Shown here piece after piece: positions 63,147-64,000 of a DNA stretch of 64,000 nt. Numbering within the stretch: the stretch's first letter is position 1; every line of letters starts with the position of its first letter. Both the position numbers and the translations under genes were made by a program. Where the stretch lies: positions 1,184,001 to 1,248,000 of the forward strand of contig CAWJCS010000005.1 of NCBI GenBank assembly GCA_963841435.1, in the 5' to 3' direction. The notes beneath the pieces are model-generated. The model saw only the letters and a program-made list of their open reading frames with translations, had not been told where the DNA came from and did no database searches. Source of the DNA: an uncultured delta proteobacterium. Its GTDB lineage: Bacteria; Myxococcota_A; Polyangia; Polyangiales; Polyangiaceae.

Positions 63147-64000
63147 ATGGATTGGCGACTGGGACTGTTCCTCGTGCTCGGGCTCGCGGCGCTCGTGAGC
63201 GCCTTCGGCGGCTGCGTTGGGCAGCGGCCGGGCGCGTCGACGAGTGGCCCGAAGCTCGGCGGGCTCGACATGAAGCAAGGCAACGCAAAATTCGGTGAGG
63301 TGCCGGGCGTGCCGGTGCTCGGCAAGCAGGGCATCCGTGAGTTCGTGGTCGACAACGACGCGAAGAAGGTCGTCGTGTCGTTCGTCCCCGTGGAAGGGCA
63401 GCCCTTCAAGGAGGCTCTGCGCGCGGAGATCAAGCAGCCCTCGGGCAATCCCTGGGACGTCCAGGTGCACGCCTTCACGAAGGCACCCGTCGAGCGCGGC
63501 GACGCGCTGCTCGCCACCTTCTACTTTCGCACCGAGTGGGCGCCCGAGGAGAGCGGAGAAGGTCAGACCGAGTTCGTGTTCGAGCTCGCCAAGGACCCGT
63601 GGACCAAGTCGGTGAGCTTTCCCGTCCGCGCGAGCCGCCAGTGGAAGAAGGTCACCGTGCCGTTCGCAGCCGAGGAGAGCTACGCGCCTGGTGAAGCGCA
63701 CATGATCTTCCGGCTCGGCTACACGCCCGAGACGATCGACATCGGCGGTGTTACGGTCGAGAGCTTCGGGAAGAAGCTCGCGGTCAGCGACCTTCCCGTC
63801 ACCAAGATCACGTACGCCGGCAGCGAGCCCGACGCGCCCTGGCGCGCCGCTGCCGCCGAAAGGATCGAAAAGATCCGGAAGGCGGACCTCGGTATCACGG
63901 TGAAGGACGCCACCGGCAAGCCGGTGCCCGGCGCGAAGGTCGAGGTGACGCTCAAGAAGCACGCGTTCGGCTTCGGCACCTGCGTGCCTGCCGATCTCAT
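63147..64000 (+). CDS. Probable GH10 xylanase lipoprotein with N-terminal CBM-like module (runs off the window)
   Basis: Absent from the ORF track because no stop is in the window. MDWRLGLFLVLGLAALVSAFGGC; WRAAAAERIEKIRK...HAFGFGT, typical just ahead of GH10 barrels; catalytic domain not visible. Confidence 0.7.
   Translation, partial: MDWRLGLFLVLGLAALVSAFGGCVGQRPGASTSGPKLGGLDMKQGNAKFGEVPGVPVLGKQGIREFVVDNDAKKVVVSFVPVEGQPFKEALRAEIKQPSGNPWDVQVHAFTKAPVERGDALLATFYFRTEWAPEESGEGQTEFVFELAKDPWTKSVSFPVRASRQWKKVTVPFAAEESYAPGEAHMIFRLGYTPETIDIGGVTVESFGKKLAVSDLPVTKITYAGSEPDAPWRAAAAERIEKIRKADLGITVKDATGKPVPGAKVEVTLKKHAFGFGTCVPADL

Overview
GC-rich bacterial DNA whose gene content points to a myxobacterium, probably Polyangiaceae/Sorangium-like (inference). 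The evidence is many lipoproteins with Gly/Ser/Ala/Thr-rich tethers, Cys-rich repeats, a fibro-slime protein, a PP2C-cNMP fusion and an ECF/anti-sigma cassette. About 48 genes or gene remnants are recognisable: tethered carbohydrate-active enzymes (GH53 remnant, SGNH esterase, GH2, GH44, partial GH10), a multicopper oxidase-TolC operon, three GT-C and one GT1 glycosyltransferases, TamB, leuCD and a two-component pair. The most unusual locus is 48.8-50.5 kb: a Y1/HUH (RAYT-like) nuclease gene lying between two different direct-repeat arrays, with a duplicated hairpin at the left end and related motifs recurring at 53.0-53.3 kb. Other points of note are a rare-Leu-codon cluster before leuC, a CCA-enzyme-like HD protein lacking its transferase head, a Cu/Zn-SOD homolog missing Cu ligands, an NtrC-like regulator without GAFTGA, several apparently leaderless genes, and several single-base frameshifts that may be sequencing errors. 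No rRNA, tRNA or true CRISPR array was seen. Family calls come from motif recognition only; no database searches were run.
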